A stretch of 64,000 nt of DNA, from positions 32,001 through 96,000 of the forward strand of contig CAXBMO010000021.1 of assembly GCA_963977015.1 (NCBI GenBank). Direction: 5' to 3'. Shown in pieces: positions 52,093-61,165 of this stretch; position 1 is the first letter of the stretch, and each line of letters begins with the position of its first letter. The position numbers and the translations under genes were made by a program. The DNA comes from an uncultured bacterium (GTDB taxonomy: Bacteria > Verrucomicrobiota > Verrucomicrobiia > Verrucomicrobiales > DEV007). The notes beneath the pieces were generated by a model. It did no database searches, was not told where the DNA came from, and saw only the letters and a program-made list of their open reading frames with translations.

Positions 52093-52659
52093 ATGAATCC
52101 ACAAACCGAATCTCAGCCCTCCCTTTCTTTCCACCTGATTCCGGCTCAGGCGGGAAAGGAAGGGGGGGCGATTTCGCTTCCGAAGAGCCCGAGCTATCTC
52201 GACCCGGAGACTCTCGAAATCGGAACCGAAAAACCCGCGCCATCCCAGCGCCGCCTGACGTTTGAGCCCCACGGGCGCAACCTCCTGGTGCTGAATCCGG
52301 ACCGCGTCCCGCTACGAGTCAATGACCTGAACGCGCCGCGCGTCCATCTCCTGGAAGAGGGAGACCATCTCCTGATTGGCAATCAACACCTGCTGGCCAC
52401 GGCGCTCTACAACTGCCCGGAGATCGGGCCGCCTCCCAGTGCCAACATCGGCCGCGCCTGCCCGGTCTGTCGCAACACGTTCACCAGTGAGGACCGCGTT
52501 TACCACTGCGGATCTTGTGGAGGCGTTCTTCATCTCGAAGAAGGAGACAACCCGGATGAGTCGCTTCAGTGCGCGCTATCCGTCACCCACTGTCTGACCT
52601 GCAACCATCCCATCAACCTGGAGGAAGGCTACATCACTCAAGGGATCTTCGAGCAATGA
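52093..52659 (+). CDS. FHA-like + RING-like (C4HC3) protein, putative E3 ligase
   Basis: LRVND....VHLLEEGDHLLIG resembles the FHA C-terminal strands; C-x2-C-x12-C-x2-C-x4-H-x12-C-x6-C-x2-C; ATGA overlap with the E1 gene. Confidence 0.7.
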   Translation: MNPQTESQPSLSFHLIPAQAGKEGGAISLPKSPSYLDPETLEIGTEKPAPSQRRLTFEPHGRNLLVLNPDRVPLRVNDLNAPRVHLLEEGDHLLIGNQHLLATALYNCPEIGPPPSANIGRACPVCRNTFTSEDRVYHCGSCGGVLHLEEGDNPDESLQCALSVTHCLTCNHPINLEEGYITQGIFEQ

Positions 52660-53882
52660 TCGCCCAGCCAACACGCCACTTTCTGGAATGCATGCCCCCG
52701 CAAACATCCGGGCGTTTGCCGGATCGAAAGCAGCGGTTCCCCAACCTCATCGGGATGCCGGAAGGTGGACACGAAACGCTCAGCAATTTGAAAATCGCCG
52801 TGGCGGGATGTGGCGCGGTTGGAAGGACGATCGCCATTGACCTCGCCCGACTGGGAATTGCCAGACTCTACCTGATCGACCCGAAAGCCTACAAAGAACA
52901 AAGCCTCCTCACCCAACAGATCATGCCTTCAGAGATTGGCCGTTCAAAGGCTGAGTCGACGGCGCAAGCCTGTGCCGAGATCAGCCGGGACACAGGGGTT
53001 TTCTATGCCTTGGGCCGCTTTGAGACGCTCGATCATCTCGCGCTCAAAGACGTCGATGTGGTGATCATGGCAGGAGACAACCTCAACCTGGAATCTGCCT
53101 TGGGAGAATGGACGTCCCGTTTTCGCATTCCGCTGATCCACGCCGCCGTTCATGGCGAAACCCTGGTCGCTCAAGTCAACGTCTACGCCAATCAAAATGC
53201 GGAGTCTCCCTGCCCATGTTGTGGATGGGGTGCCGCGGAATGGGAGCACCACGCCAGAGAAACCACCTTTGCGTGCGACCCGGGCAACGCGGCGAGCCAG
53301 GACCAACAACCTACCATCGCCACCCAACCCACGACCTCGACACCGAGCCTCTGCGGAATCGCGGCAAACCTCGCGAGCACCCAGATGTTGCGCTACGTCC
53401 TCGGCCTTGGCCGCCCGGTCGGCGATACGTCGTTGCAATTCTGTGCCTACACCAACGCGACCGCGACGAGTCCACTTGCCGTCTCCAAAGCCTGCCCCAC
53501 CAGTCACCTCCCCTACACCCACCACGCCCTTCCAAGCCATTCCCATTACACTCTGAACGATCTCCTCAGGGAATCCGGAAGCCTGGCGCAAGCCACCGAT
53601 CCGCCAACCTTTGAAGTCGGCAACGCGGTTTGGGCGGAAGCTGGCGTTTGCAACTGTGAGGGCGCAACCACCTCCATTGCGCGATTCGTTGCCACCGACG
53701 ACGCGCCCGTTCTCTGCAAGGTCTGCAATACGCCGATTCAGCTGCAACCTTTCTTCACCCATCAACAGGCATCGCTCCATCACCTCGGCGAAGCCCTCGA
53801 TCTCCCGATTTCCGATCTCTGCGATTCGTCCCCCAGGTGGATCGCCATCCGCAACACCGACCACGCCATCCTCTTTTCCTAA
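52656..53882 (+). CDS. ThiF/E1-family ubiquitin-like activating enzyme with C-terminal Cys-rich extension
   Basis: IAVAGCGAVG, LARLGI..L.LID, GRSKAE, GDN, PCPCC, candidate catalytic Cys in TFACDP, ACPTSH, and C-terminal CNC/CKVC. Confidence 0.85.
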   Translation: MIAQPTRHFLECMPPQTSGRLPDRKQRFPNLIGMPEGGHETLSNLKIAVAGCGAVGRTIAIDLARLGIARLYLIDPKAYKEQSLLTQQIMPSEIGRSKAESTAQACAEISRDTGVFYALGRFETLDHLALKDVDVVIMAGDNLNLESALGEWTSRFRIPLIHAAVHGETLVAQVNVYANQNAESPCPCCGWGAAEWEHHARETTFACDPGNAASQDQQPTIATQPTTSTPSLCGIAANLASTQMLRYVLGLGRPVGDTSLQFCAYTNATATSPLAVSKACPTSHLPYTHHALPSHSHYTLNDLLRESGSLAQATDPPTFEVGNAVWAEAGVCNCEGATTSIARFVATDDAPVLCKVCNTPIQLQPFFTHQQASLHHLGEALDLPISDLCDSSPRWIAIRNTDHAILFS

Positions 53883-53890
53883 CCTCTATC

Positions 53891-54520
53891 ATGAACACGG
53901 AACCATTTCTTCTCTCCAAACTCTCCACGTTCAAACTCGATCCGTCCCATCAACGGCTCTTTGATGATGCGATCCTGACCAACGCCGGAAACGCGATTTG
54001 GCGATCGCGAAAGAAGAACGAGATTCACGACTTTCTCGCCCTCGCCCAGGTTTCGAAACGCATCCGCATTCGGACCATCGACCTGTCCGTCGATCTCCGA
54101 ATCCTGTTCGACTTCTTTTGCCCGGTCCCTACCCTTCCCCATGTAGACCAGGATCTGGTGATCCGCGACCGGGCGACGTTGGGCCTCACTTACACGGAAG
54201 ACTCGGTGCGAAACTCGAAACCCGGTTACTCGTTCCTTCAGATCCTTTCGCCGTCCCAGGTTTGGCTTCCCAACGTTTCCGACGAAGAGGTTGGCATTCA
54301 AGCCCTCTGCCTTGGGGCGATTCTTCCTCCCGGCATCCTCATCAAAGAGCTGACCCTCCTCGCCTACGCGGCGTTGACGATGCAGTCCGTTCAACTTGAT
54401 GCCCTGGATTCCGCCGGGGTCATGAACGGAAAATCCGCCCAGTGGTGGAAGATCAACCAACATCGCTTCCCGTTGACTCAGGATAGCTTCATTCCCGCGT
54501 CCAAAGCTCAATCGACATAG
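53891..54520 (+). CDS. E2/UBC-fold ubiquitin-like conjugating enzyme
   Basis: VWLPNV-x8-LCLG corresponds to the UBC HPN...C motif; C-terminal VMNGKSAQWW resembles the UBC PLN..AA..y motif; immediately follows E1. Confidence 0.7.
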   Translation: MNTEPFLLSKLSTFKLDPSHQRLFDDAILTNAGNAIWRSRKKNEIHDFLALAQVSKRIRIRTIDLSVDLRILFDFFCPVPTLPHVDQDLVIRDRATLGLTYTEDSVRNSKPGYSFLQILSPSQVWLPNVSDEEVGIQALCLGAILPPGILIKELTLLAYAALTMQSVQLDALDSAGVMNGKSAQWWKINQHRFPLTQDSFIPASKAQST

Positions 54521-54547
54521 CCTCTCCCCGTTTCGGCACAGCGTGCT

Positions 54548-56197
54548 TCAGAGCCCCGCCTGGCAGAGGCAGGAGGAGTTGATCTTCAAATCGGCTTTGG
54601 CCCAGATTTTCTCGAACCGTTCCCAAATCGGCTCGGCTTCCTCTTCGCGGTCCTGCAAAGACAAGCTGCGGGACAGTCCGAAGAGCGACCAACCGTTTTC
54701 AGGCCGGCGTTCCAGGTCCTTGCGGTAGACGTCCTCGGCTTCGGCGAAGCGACGTTCCTGCATCAGCGTCGCGCCGAGCAAATGGCGCACCGGCAGGATC
54801 CAGCCGGGCGGTTCGTCGTATTTCAGGTCGTCTTCCAACTCGACAGCTTTCCGCAATTCCGCCAGCGCCGGGTCAACCTTCCCTTCGCGATAAAGAATTT
54901 CGCCTTCCAGCATGTGGCTGGTCAGCTCGAGCACCTCCGAGCAGAAGTTGTTCCCGATGATCCATTCCTCGGGAACCCGCTCCCGCGCCGCGACGAAGTT
55001 GACTTGCTCGGCCCGGGCCAGTTTCGGCTTCCCTTTGGCGGCATGCGCGATTCCACAGGAGGCGTGATGCAGGGCACGGGTGAACGGTAGGTAGTCGGGC
55101 GGCTCCGGCATCGCGAGGACGTCGTCCCAGCGCCCGAACCGGACCAGGACCTCATACGGCATCGCGACGAACGCGTCCGCAAAGAGGGCGTTTTCCTGAA
55201 GCCATGGCGTGGGGATTTCTGCAACCATGGCCCGGATGTGGGTCAGGGCCAGTTCGCTCTGCCCGGTCATCATCGCGGCGTAGGCCAGCATGTGGCGGCT
55301 GTGCGCCATGTAGAGACGGTAGAAATCCGGCCGCTTCCCGGTCGTCTCCCGGTAGGTGAGGTCCGCTCGCACCGCTTTTTCATTGGCCTCGATCGCCTTG
55401 TGCCAGCGACCGCGCAGAACGTCGATGTGCGATGGCATGTGGGTGTTGTGCCCCATGCCCGGCTGCAAGTCGCGCAGCCGATCCGCCGCCGCGTCCGCCA
55501 GTTCCGGGTTCGGCCCGGCTTCGACCGCGTGAATCAAAAGGTGATTCGCCAGGGGATGGTTCGGGTCGAGTTCGAGCACCGCATTCAGGATCGCGATGAT
55601 CTCGTCAGTGCCGGGTTGCGGCTCCTTGTCCAGGGTCCAGAGATCCCAGGGCCGCAGGTCCATGAGCGACTCGGCGAAAAGCGCGCCGACGTCGGCGTCC
55701 TCGCGATGGTTGTCCCACACCTCGCGCATCGCTTCGGCATAGGCAGCATCGAGCGGGGTGCGGTCTTCCGGATGCGGATCGGCGTAGCGGTGACCGAGCG
55801 CCTCGATCAGAGCTTGCTCGACCACGGTGCAGCGGGAGGCGTGTTGCTGCGCCAGGGTCAGTTCTTTCCAGGCGAGATCGGCGCGAGCCGCCGGGACCAT
55901 CGGGTTGTTGATGTGCGGTCCGCTGGCCAGCGAGATGGCCCAGTGCGCCATGGCGCATTCCGGATCGAGACGAGCAGCTTCCTGGAAGGAACGGATCGCC
56001 TCGTCGTGGTTGAAGGCGTAGAGGAACGCCAGTCCCTGGTCGAAGTAACGCTGCGCGGATTCCGAGTTGGTGGTGACGTCGCGTCCGTGCGGACCAAGCC
56101 CCTCGAAGAGAGGAACCTCAGCCGTGCCAAGAGCCACAGTCCAAACCCAGGCGAGCACCACGATCGTCCGGTGACAGAAGAGAATTGGAGCATTCAT
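54548..56197 (-). CDS. Exported TPR-repeat protein
   Basis: Signal peptide; AQRYFDQGL...YAFNHDEA.RSF, HPLANH.LIHA.E, HMPSHI and PENGWSLFGL. Confidence 0.8.
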   Translation of the reverse strand: MNAPILFCHRTIVVLAWVWTVALGTAEVPLFEGLGPHGRDVTTNSESAQRYFDQGLAFLYAFNHDEAIRSFQEAARLDPECAMAHWAISLASGPHINNPMVPAARADLAWKELTLAQQHASRCTVVEQALIEALGHRYADPHPEDRTPLDAAYAEAMREVWDNHREDADVGALFAESLMDLRPWDLWTLDKEPQPGTDEIIAILNAVLELDPNHPLANHLLIHAVEAGPNPELADAAADRLRDLQPGMGHNTHMPSHIDVLRGRWHKAIEANEKAVRADLTYRETTGKRPDFYRLYMAHSRHMLAYAAMMTGQSELALTHIRAMVAEIPTPWLQENALFADAFVAMPYEVLVRFGRWDDVLAMPEPPDYLPFTRALHHASCGIAHAAKGKPKLARAEQVNFVAARERVPEEWIIGNNFCSEVLELTSHMLEGEILYREGKVDPALAELRKAVELEDDLKYDEPPGWILPVRHLLGATLMQERRFAEAEDVYRKDLERRPENGWSLFGLSRSLSLQDREEEAEPIWERFEKIWAKADLKINSSCLCQAGL

Positions 56198-56419
56198 CGA
56201 TCGAATGAAGGGTTAGTGGTTTGATTGCCGTGAAGCGGAGCCCAAGTGAAGCCCAACGTCCTCACACGGTAAAAAATTACCCCCGCCGTGCGTGATTACC
56301 AGACAATTCGACAAAAAAGCCTTGTCACCATGCGCCGCTCAACGCCCCGCCGTCCCAGTCGGATCCCCCCACCGATCGAAGGGACTTGTTCGTCCCCAGT
56401 TTTCGTTGATCATAACACG

Positions 56420-57910
56420 ATGATCGAAAAAACCCTTTGCGCAACGATCCTGCTCGCGGCTCTGAGTTCGACACTTTGGGGCACCGATCACTTCCTCACG
56501 ATTGCCGGCGGTTACGAGCCTTCCGGAAATCAGGTCTCTCTGGAAAAAAACGTGGTCTTCTACCGGAACGTGCTCGCTCGGGCTGGATTTGCCGATTCGC
56601 CCCACGCAGTTTACTTCGCCAACGGCCTTTCTGAGCATCGCGATGTTCAATACGAGCCCAGCGAATCGCAGGTTCCCCGAGCCCACGAGCTGATGGCGAA
56701 GCTTTTCGGAACCACCGAACATCAATCGCTTTCCTATCGAAAACACAAGTTGACCAGCCTTGCCGGCGCAACGACGCCGGAAAACCTGGCAAAGTGGTTC
56801 GACGATCACGCCTCAACTTTTCAAGCCGGCGATCGCCTGATCCTCTACGCCACCGCGCATGGCGGGAAGAGCAACGACAAGAAAGACGACGGCAACACCA
56901 GACTCTATCTCTGGAACAAGAGGACGGTGAGCGTAAGTCAGCTTCAGCCCCATCTGGAGAAGCTCCCGGCAAAGGTCGGCGTAACCTTGATCATGGCTCA
57001 ATGTTACTCGGGAGGCTTCGCCAACTCCGTGTTCAACAATGCCAATAAAGAAGGTGGCGACTTCGACCGGCCCGTGTGCGGTTTCTTTTCGACGGTGCCC
57101 AGCCGGCAAGCCGCAGGATGCACCCCGGACATTGACGAGGAAGATTACGACGAGTTCAGCAGCCACTTCTGGGCTGCCATCCATGGTGAAACCCGCGTCG
57201 GACAACCGGTCGAATCCGCCGACTACGATGAGAACGGTGCCGTCAGTTTCGAGGAAGCCTTCGCCTACACCGTAATCACTTCGCAGAACATTGATATTCC
57301 AATTAGGACGAGCGGGGTGTACCTGCGGGCGCGCAGCAAATACCGCAAAGACCAACCCGACAACGAGCAATTGTTCCCGCAGAAATCCGACTACGAGAGT
57401 GTGCTCGCGTTGGCGAACCCGGTCGAAGCAGCCATGCTCGAAGCCTTGTCGAGTCAGCTCAATCTCACCAACGCCCAACGCTATGCGGAGTCCGAAACCG
57501 CCGCCAACCAGATCGAAGAAAAGCGCAAGGAGTTGAAGGCTCAATCCGACGAGAAGAAAAAGCGGATCGAACAACTGAAAAAGACCCTGCAGCGCCGCGC
57601 CCGCAACCAGTGGCCTGAGCTTTCGAACATCCTAAGCCCAACGGCCGTGCGATTGCTGACCGAACAAGCCGAAGCATTCATCGCCTTCGTCGAGTCTCAA
57701 CCGGAGTTCGCGGAATGGGTAGCGCTGCAATCCGAGCGCGACGCCATCGAGGAAGAACGTTTCGTCCTGGAAAAAGAATGGGCCAAGCACATCCGCTTCC
57801 TGAGAACCCACAACAACGTGATTTTGGCGAAGAACCTGGTCACGCTGGCCGATCAAGATTCCATCGCACGTTACCACGCCCTCGTCGATGCCGAGCGAAA
57901 AGCGCTTTGA
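56420..57910 (+). CDS. Exported clan CD (caspase/legumain-like) peptidase with EF-hand-like loop and coiled coil
   Basis: LILYATAHGG and LIMAQCYSGGF give a His/Cys dyad; DYDENGAVSFEE; signal peptide after ATG 56420. Confidence 0.7.
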   Translation: MIEKTLCATILLAALSSTLWGTDHFLTIAGGYEPSGNQVSLEKNVVFYRNVLARAGFADSPHAVYFANGLSEHRDVQYEPSESQVPRAHELMAKLFGTTEHQSLSYRKHKLTSLAGATTPENLAKWFDDHASTFQAGDRLILYATAHGGKSNDKKDDGNTRLYLWNKRTVSVSQLQPHLEKLPAKVGVTLIMAQCYSGGFANSVFNNANKEGGDFDRPVCGFFSTVPSRQAAGCTPDIDEEDYDEFSSHFWAAIHGETRVGQPVESADYDENGAVSFEEAFAYTVITSQNIDIPIRTSGVYLRARSKYRKDQPDNEQLFPQKSDYESVLALANPVEAAMLEALSSQLNLTNAQRYAESETAANQIEEKRKELKAQSDEKKKRIEQLKKTLQRRARNQWPELSNILSPTAVRLLTEQAEAFIAFVESQPEFAEWVALQSERDAIEEERFVLEKEWAKHIRFLRTHNNVILAKNLVTLADQDSIARYHALVDAERKAL

Positions 57911-57934
57911 TCCATTCCGCCGCCCGCCCCCGCA

Positions 57935-59593
57935 ATGTGCATCTTCCGAATCCACGTATTTCTCGCGTATTGCTTGCTCGCTCCGCCTCTTTTTTGCGGC
58001 GCCGAACGTCTGCCGAACGGAATCGAGCTTCAGGAACCGTGGCCGCCATATCGGGAGGCGAAGGAGGTCCTATCCGGCGAACCGATGCCGGTTGCCTACC
58101 TGACAACCCCGCCCGGCATCATCCCGATTGACCTCGGACGCCAGTTGCTGGTCGACGACTTTCTGATTCAATCCAGCACCTTGAAGCGAACGTTTCATCG
58201 TCCGGATTATCACCCCTCAAATCCCGTGTTCCGTCCTGAGAAGGCGTGGGAGAAGACCAAGGATCGCGCGTTTGCCGCGCCCTACAGCGATGGCGTTTGG
58301 TATGATCCAGACGAGAAGATCTTCAAGATGTGGTATCGAGCAGAAACCGGTTGGACTTGCTTGGCGACATCACCCGACGGGCTTTGTTGGGAACGCCCGG
58401 CGCTGGAGCAACTGCCCGGTGCCAACGCTTTGTATCGGTCGAATCGGGACGCCGTTTCCGTTTGGTTGGACCATGGCGCCGGCGATCCGTCGCGCCGATT
58501 CGTAGCATTCGAGGCAAGCTGGATCAAACCCGCGCACCGGCTCCACCTGCGCTACTCACCGGACGGTCGACAATGGACGGCCCCGCTGGCCATCTCCGGC
58601 CCGTCTTGGGATCGTTCTTCCGTTTTCTGGAATCCCTTTCGCAACGTCTGGGTCGCGAGTGTTCGCGGGCACGACCGGATGAAACCCGATCCCGTTCACC
58701 GGTCTCGAAACTACCACGAAGGCGCAACTCCCGAGGCCGTGCTCGCATGGACCGAACACACCGATGAGGTTGCCCAAGGCAAAGACGCGTCTGGCGGTCT
58801 GCAGCCATGGGTCGCCGCCGACCGTCTTGACCCGCGCCATCCCGACCCGCGATTTCGCAACAACGACCCCCAACTCTACAACCTCGACGTCTTCCCATAT
58901 GAGAGCCTACTTGTTGGACTGTTCACGATCTGGCAGGGCCCGGACAACGCGACCTGTAAAGACCTCGGCATCCACAAGCGAAACGAGGTTCTTGTCGGAT
59001 TCACGCGAGACGGATTTCATTGGGACCGGACCAACCGCAAACCGTTTCTGCCCGTCAGCGATGTTTCCAAAGCGTGGAATGCCGGCAATGTTCAGTCGGT
59101 TTGCGGCGGCTGCGTGATCGTCGGCGACCTCCTTTATTTTTATTGCTCAGGCAGGACGATGGATCCGTCCGACATCACCTCCACCGGCCTCGCGACGTTA
59201 CGTCGAGACGGTTTCGCCTCGCTCGATGCGAATGGAGACGGCGGCGTCATGACCACACGACCGCTTACCTTTACCGGGAAACACCTCTTCGTGAATCTGG
59301 CAGCTGCAGACGGTGAGTTGCGTGTCGAAGCTTTGGATCAAACCGGCAGCGTGATCGCACCGTTTACCCTGGAAAATGGTCAACCCATCTCCGGCGACGC
59401 AGCCGCAATCCCAGTGAAATGGAAAGGCATAACCGATCTATCTCAGCTCACCGGCATCCCCGTTCGCTTTCGGTTTACACTGAAGAACGGCGCCCTGTAT
59501 TCGTTCTGGGTTAGCCCCAATGAAGCTGGAGCGAGCACCGGCTACGTCGCCGCTGGCGGCCCCGGATTCGGCAGTGATCACGACATCCCGTAA
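57935..59593 (+). CDS. Exported beta-propeller glycoside hydrolase-like protein (GH32/43-like)
   Basis: RQLLVDDFLI; Asp-box-like SPDG..W repeats; GLATLRRDGFASL; signal peptide. Confidence 0.7.
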   Translation: MCIFRIHVFLAYCLLAPPLFCGAERLPNGIELQEPWPPYREAKEVLSGEPMPVAYLTTPPGIIPIDLGRQLLVDDFLIQSSTLKRTFHRPDYHPSNPVFRPEKAWEKTKDRAFAAPYSDGVWYDPDEKIFKMWYRAETGWTCLATSPDGLCWERPALEQLPGANALYRSNRDAVSVWLDHGAGDPSRRFVAFEASWIKPAHRLHLRYSPDGRQWTAPLAISGPSWDRSSVFWNPFRNVWVASVRGHDRMKPDPVHRSRNYHEGATPEAVLAWTEHTDEVAQGKDASGGLQPWVAADRLDPRHPDPRFRNNDPQLYNLDVFPYESLLVGLFTIWQGPDNATCKDLGIHKRNEVLVGFTRDGFHWDRTNRKPFLPVSDVSKAWNAGNVQSVCGGCVIVGDLLYFYCSGRTMDPSDITSTGLATLRRDGFASLDANGDGGVMTTRPLTFTGKHLFVNLAAADGELRVEALDQTGSVIAPFTLENGQPISGDAAAIPVKWKGITDLSQLTGIPVRFRFTLKNGALYSFWVSPNEAGASTGYVAAGGPGFGSDHDIP

Positions 59594-59813
59594 CGGACCC
59601 TTTTTTCCAGGACGAAACTGGCCGAGCGCGAGCGCTTTTGATTTCCCGGTTCTCCAATCCATGAGGCAATTGGTTTACGAATGAATCGCCGAAGGACATT
59701 GGGGACAGCCATTTGTTTGCGTCGTTGATAGGTTTTGAAGACCTGCCCGGTTCGCGTTCACCACACTTGGCAAGCCTTCTATGCAGGGAAGATCAATAAC
59801 TTCAGAAAACTTC

Positions 59814-59843
59814 CCTCGCTCACAAATACGCCATTTCGGTGTG
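59814..59843 (+). promoter_or_regulatory. Shared upstream motif CCTCGCTCACAAA-N13-TGTG (operon B)
   Basis: Matches 52045-52074; ends 31 nt before ATG 59875. Confidence 0.65.
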
Positions 59844-59874
59844 CTCTATTGCTGAACGTTCCACCCACCAGAAC

Positions 59875-60690
59875 ATGGCAACGACCGCACAAGCCCCCCA
59901 CCCACTAACCGAAGCAGCGCGCAGAACGCGGACGCTCGAGGCGGTTGGTTTCAAGAAAAGCGGGAATGATTTCAAGAAAGGCAGAACCAGTTTTTCCAAC
60001 CGAAAAGGCTGGCTCACCCTCCGCTCCACGTTTCCGAAAACCGCCGAGCCGACCGAAGGGAAACTTGGAAAACCGGGGCTTTGGAAGAAGACCCCAACAA
60101 CCCCGGCCAAACAGCATTTCACCCTGCCGGAAACCATTCTAGCGAACAACCGCGCCGCGTCGCCCGACGACGACGATCCAACCCTGCGGGCATGTGTGGA
60201 CTGGGCGCTGGCGACCCGAAACGGGAGACCACCGAAAGCCCCACAATTGCCATCCGCCGAAGACGTCGAGAACTGGCTCGGTTCCAGAACCATCCAAATT
60301 GGTGACATCGTTCGCCAGATCGAAGTCAATCATCTTGAAAGCCAGTTTTCCCTGCGGGTGACGATCGTCAACGACATCCCCAGGGAACGCACCCCCGGCA
60401 CCGAGTGGCTTGCCGGCCTGATCGAAGACGCCCAGGAACAATGGAAACTGGCCAGAATCGAATTCACCAACCAGGACGATGACCACGATGTGGCGATCGC
60501 CGAAATCGACCTCACCGGAGCCCCATCCCCCATCCTCGAATCACTTTTCCTAACCAGTGTGGACACCCTCAGATGGATTGCCGCCTCACTGGTTCCCACG
60601 GCAGAGTTCCTGGTTGGCAACGACGCAAAGTCGTCGCCAGCCCTGAGCGAAACCACCATCCAGGGTCAGCAATCCTCAACCAACATCTAA
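59875..60690 (+). CDS. Hypothetical protein; C-terminal half YbjN/T3SS-chaperone-like
   Basis: FSLRVTI...WLAGLIEDAQEQWKLARI...AIAEIDL followed by a long amphipathic helix; first gene of operon B. Fold call is tentative. Confidence 0.55.
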   Translation: MATTAQAPHPLTEAARRTRTLEAVGFKKSGNDFKKGRTSFSNRKGWLTLRSTFPKTAEPTEGKLGKPGLWKKTPTTPAKQHFTLPETILANNRAASPDDDDPTLRACVDWALATRNGRPPKAPQLPSAEDVENWLGSRTIQIGDIVRQIEVNHLESQFSLRVTIVNDIPRERTPGTEWLAGLIEDAQEQWKLARIEFTNQDDDHDVAIAEIDLTGAPSPILESLFLTSVDTLRWIAASLVPTAEFLVGNDAKSSPALSETTIQGQQSSTNI

Positions 60691-60702
60691 ATACAAAACG
60701 TT

Positions 60703-61029
60703 ATGGTTACTGCAACAGAACCGTCCCCGACAACGGACGCCAAGCCCCGGCAAGGCGGATCCGCTGATCTTGGGGGCAACGACAGGTTTAGCCTGACTGC
60801 GATTGATGTGACCGGCAGCCACGAGTTGGAAGCGCCGAGCATTGATCGAAGCACCCCTGCGGGTGCAGTCGCGAACGCTTTTGCGAATCGCATGGACTTG
60901 CCAACCAACGTCCCTTGGGGACTCCGGAACGATGAGACCGCCGCTTATCTCTCAGACGATGAGCCAATCGGCGATCAAATTGAAACGGGTGCCCGAGTCG
61001 TTGTGACTCCGAAAAGTCACCTCGGCTAA
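60703..61029 (+). CDS. Ubiquitin-like (beta-grasp) modifier ending in Gly
   Basis: Strand-strand-helix-strand pattern FSLTAID / ELEAPSI / TPAGAVANAFANRMDLP / WGLRND / YLSDDEPIGD / IETGARVVVTP, ending KSHLG; lies next to JAB. Confidence 0.75.
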   Translation: MVTATEPSPTTDAKPRQGGSADLGGNDRFSLTAIDVTGSHELEAPSIDRSTPAGAVANAFANRMDLPTNVPWGLRNDETAAYLSDDEPIGDQIETGARVVVTPKSHLG

Positions 61030-61135
61030 GGACAACACGGCCCAACAACTTCGGAAACCGGCGGTATGTAAGTAGTTAAGAGGATTGAGGGTACGGATGG
61101 GCACGGTGACGTGTGCGGGAGGCACACAGAAACCG

Positions 61136-61165
61136 CCTCCTTGCGCTGGGTGGAGCGCAAGGAGG
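61136..61165 (+). other. Perfect 12-bp stem-loop between the Ubl and JAB genes
   Basis: CCTCCTTGCGCT-gggtgg-AGCGCAAGGAGG with no U-tract; a smaller GTGTGC/GCACAC hairpin lies at 61111-61127. Confidence 0.75.

Noticed and set aside
52656-53882. E1 as ThiF/MoeB for thiamine or molybdopterin synthesis, or as a RiPP cyclodehydratase partner
   Set aside because: No thi/moa, rhodanese or YcaO genes nearby. It is flanked by RING-like and E2-like genes, and the Ubl lacks GG.
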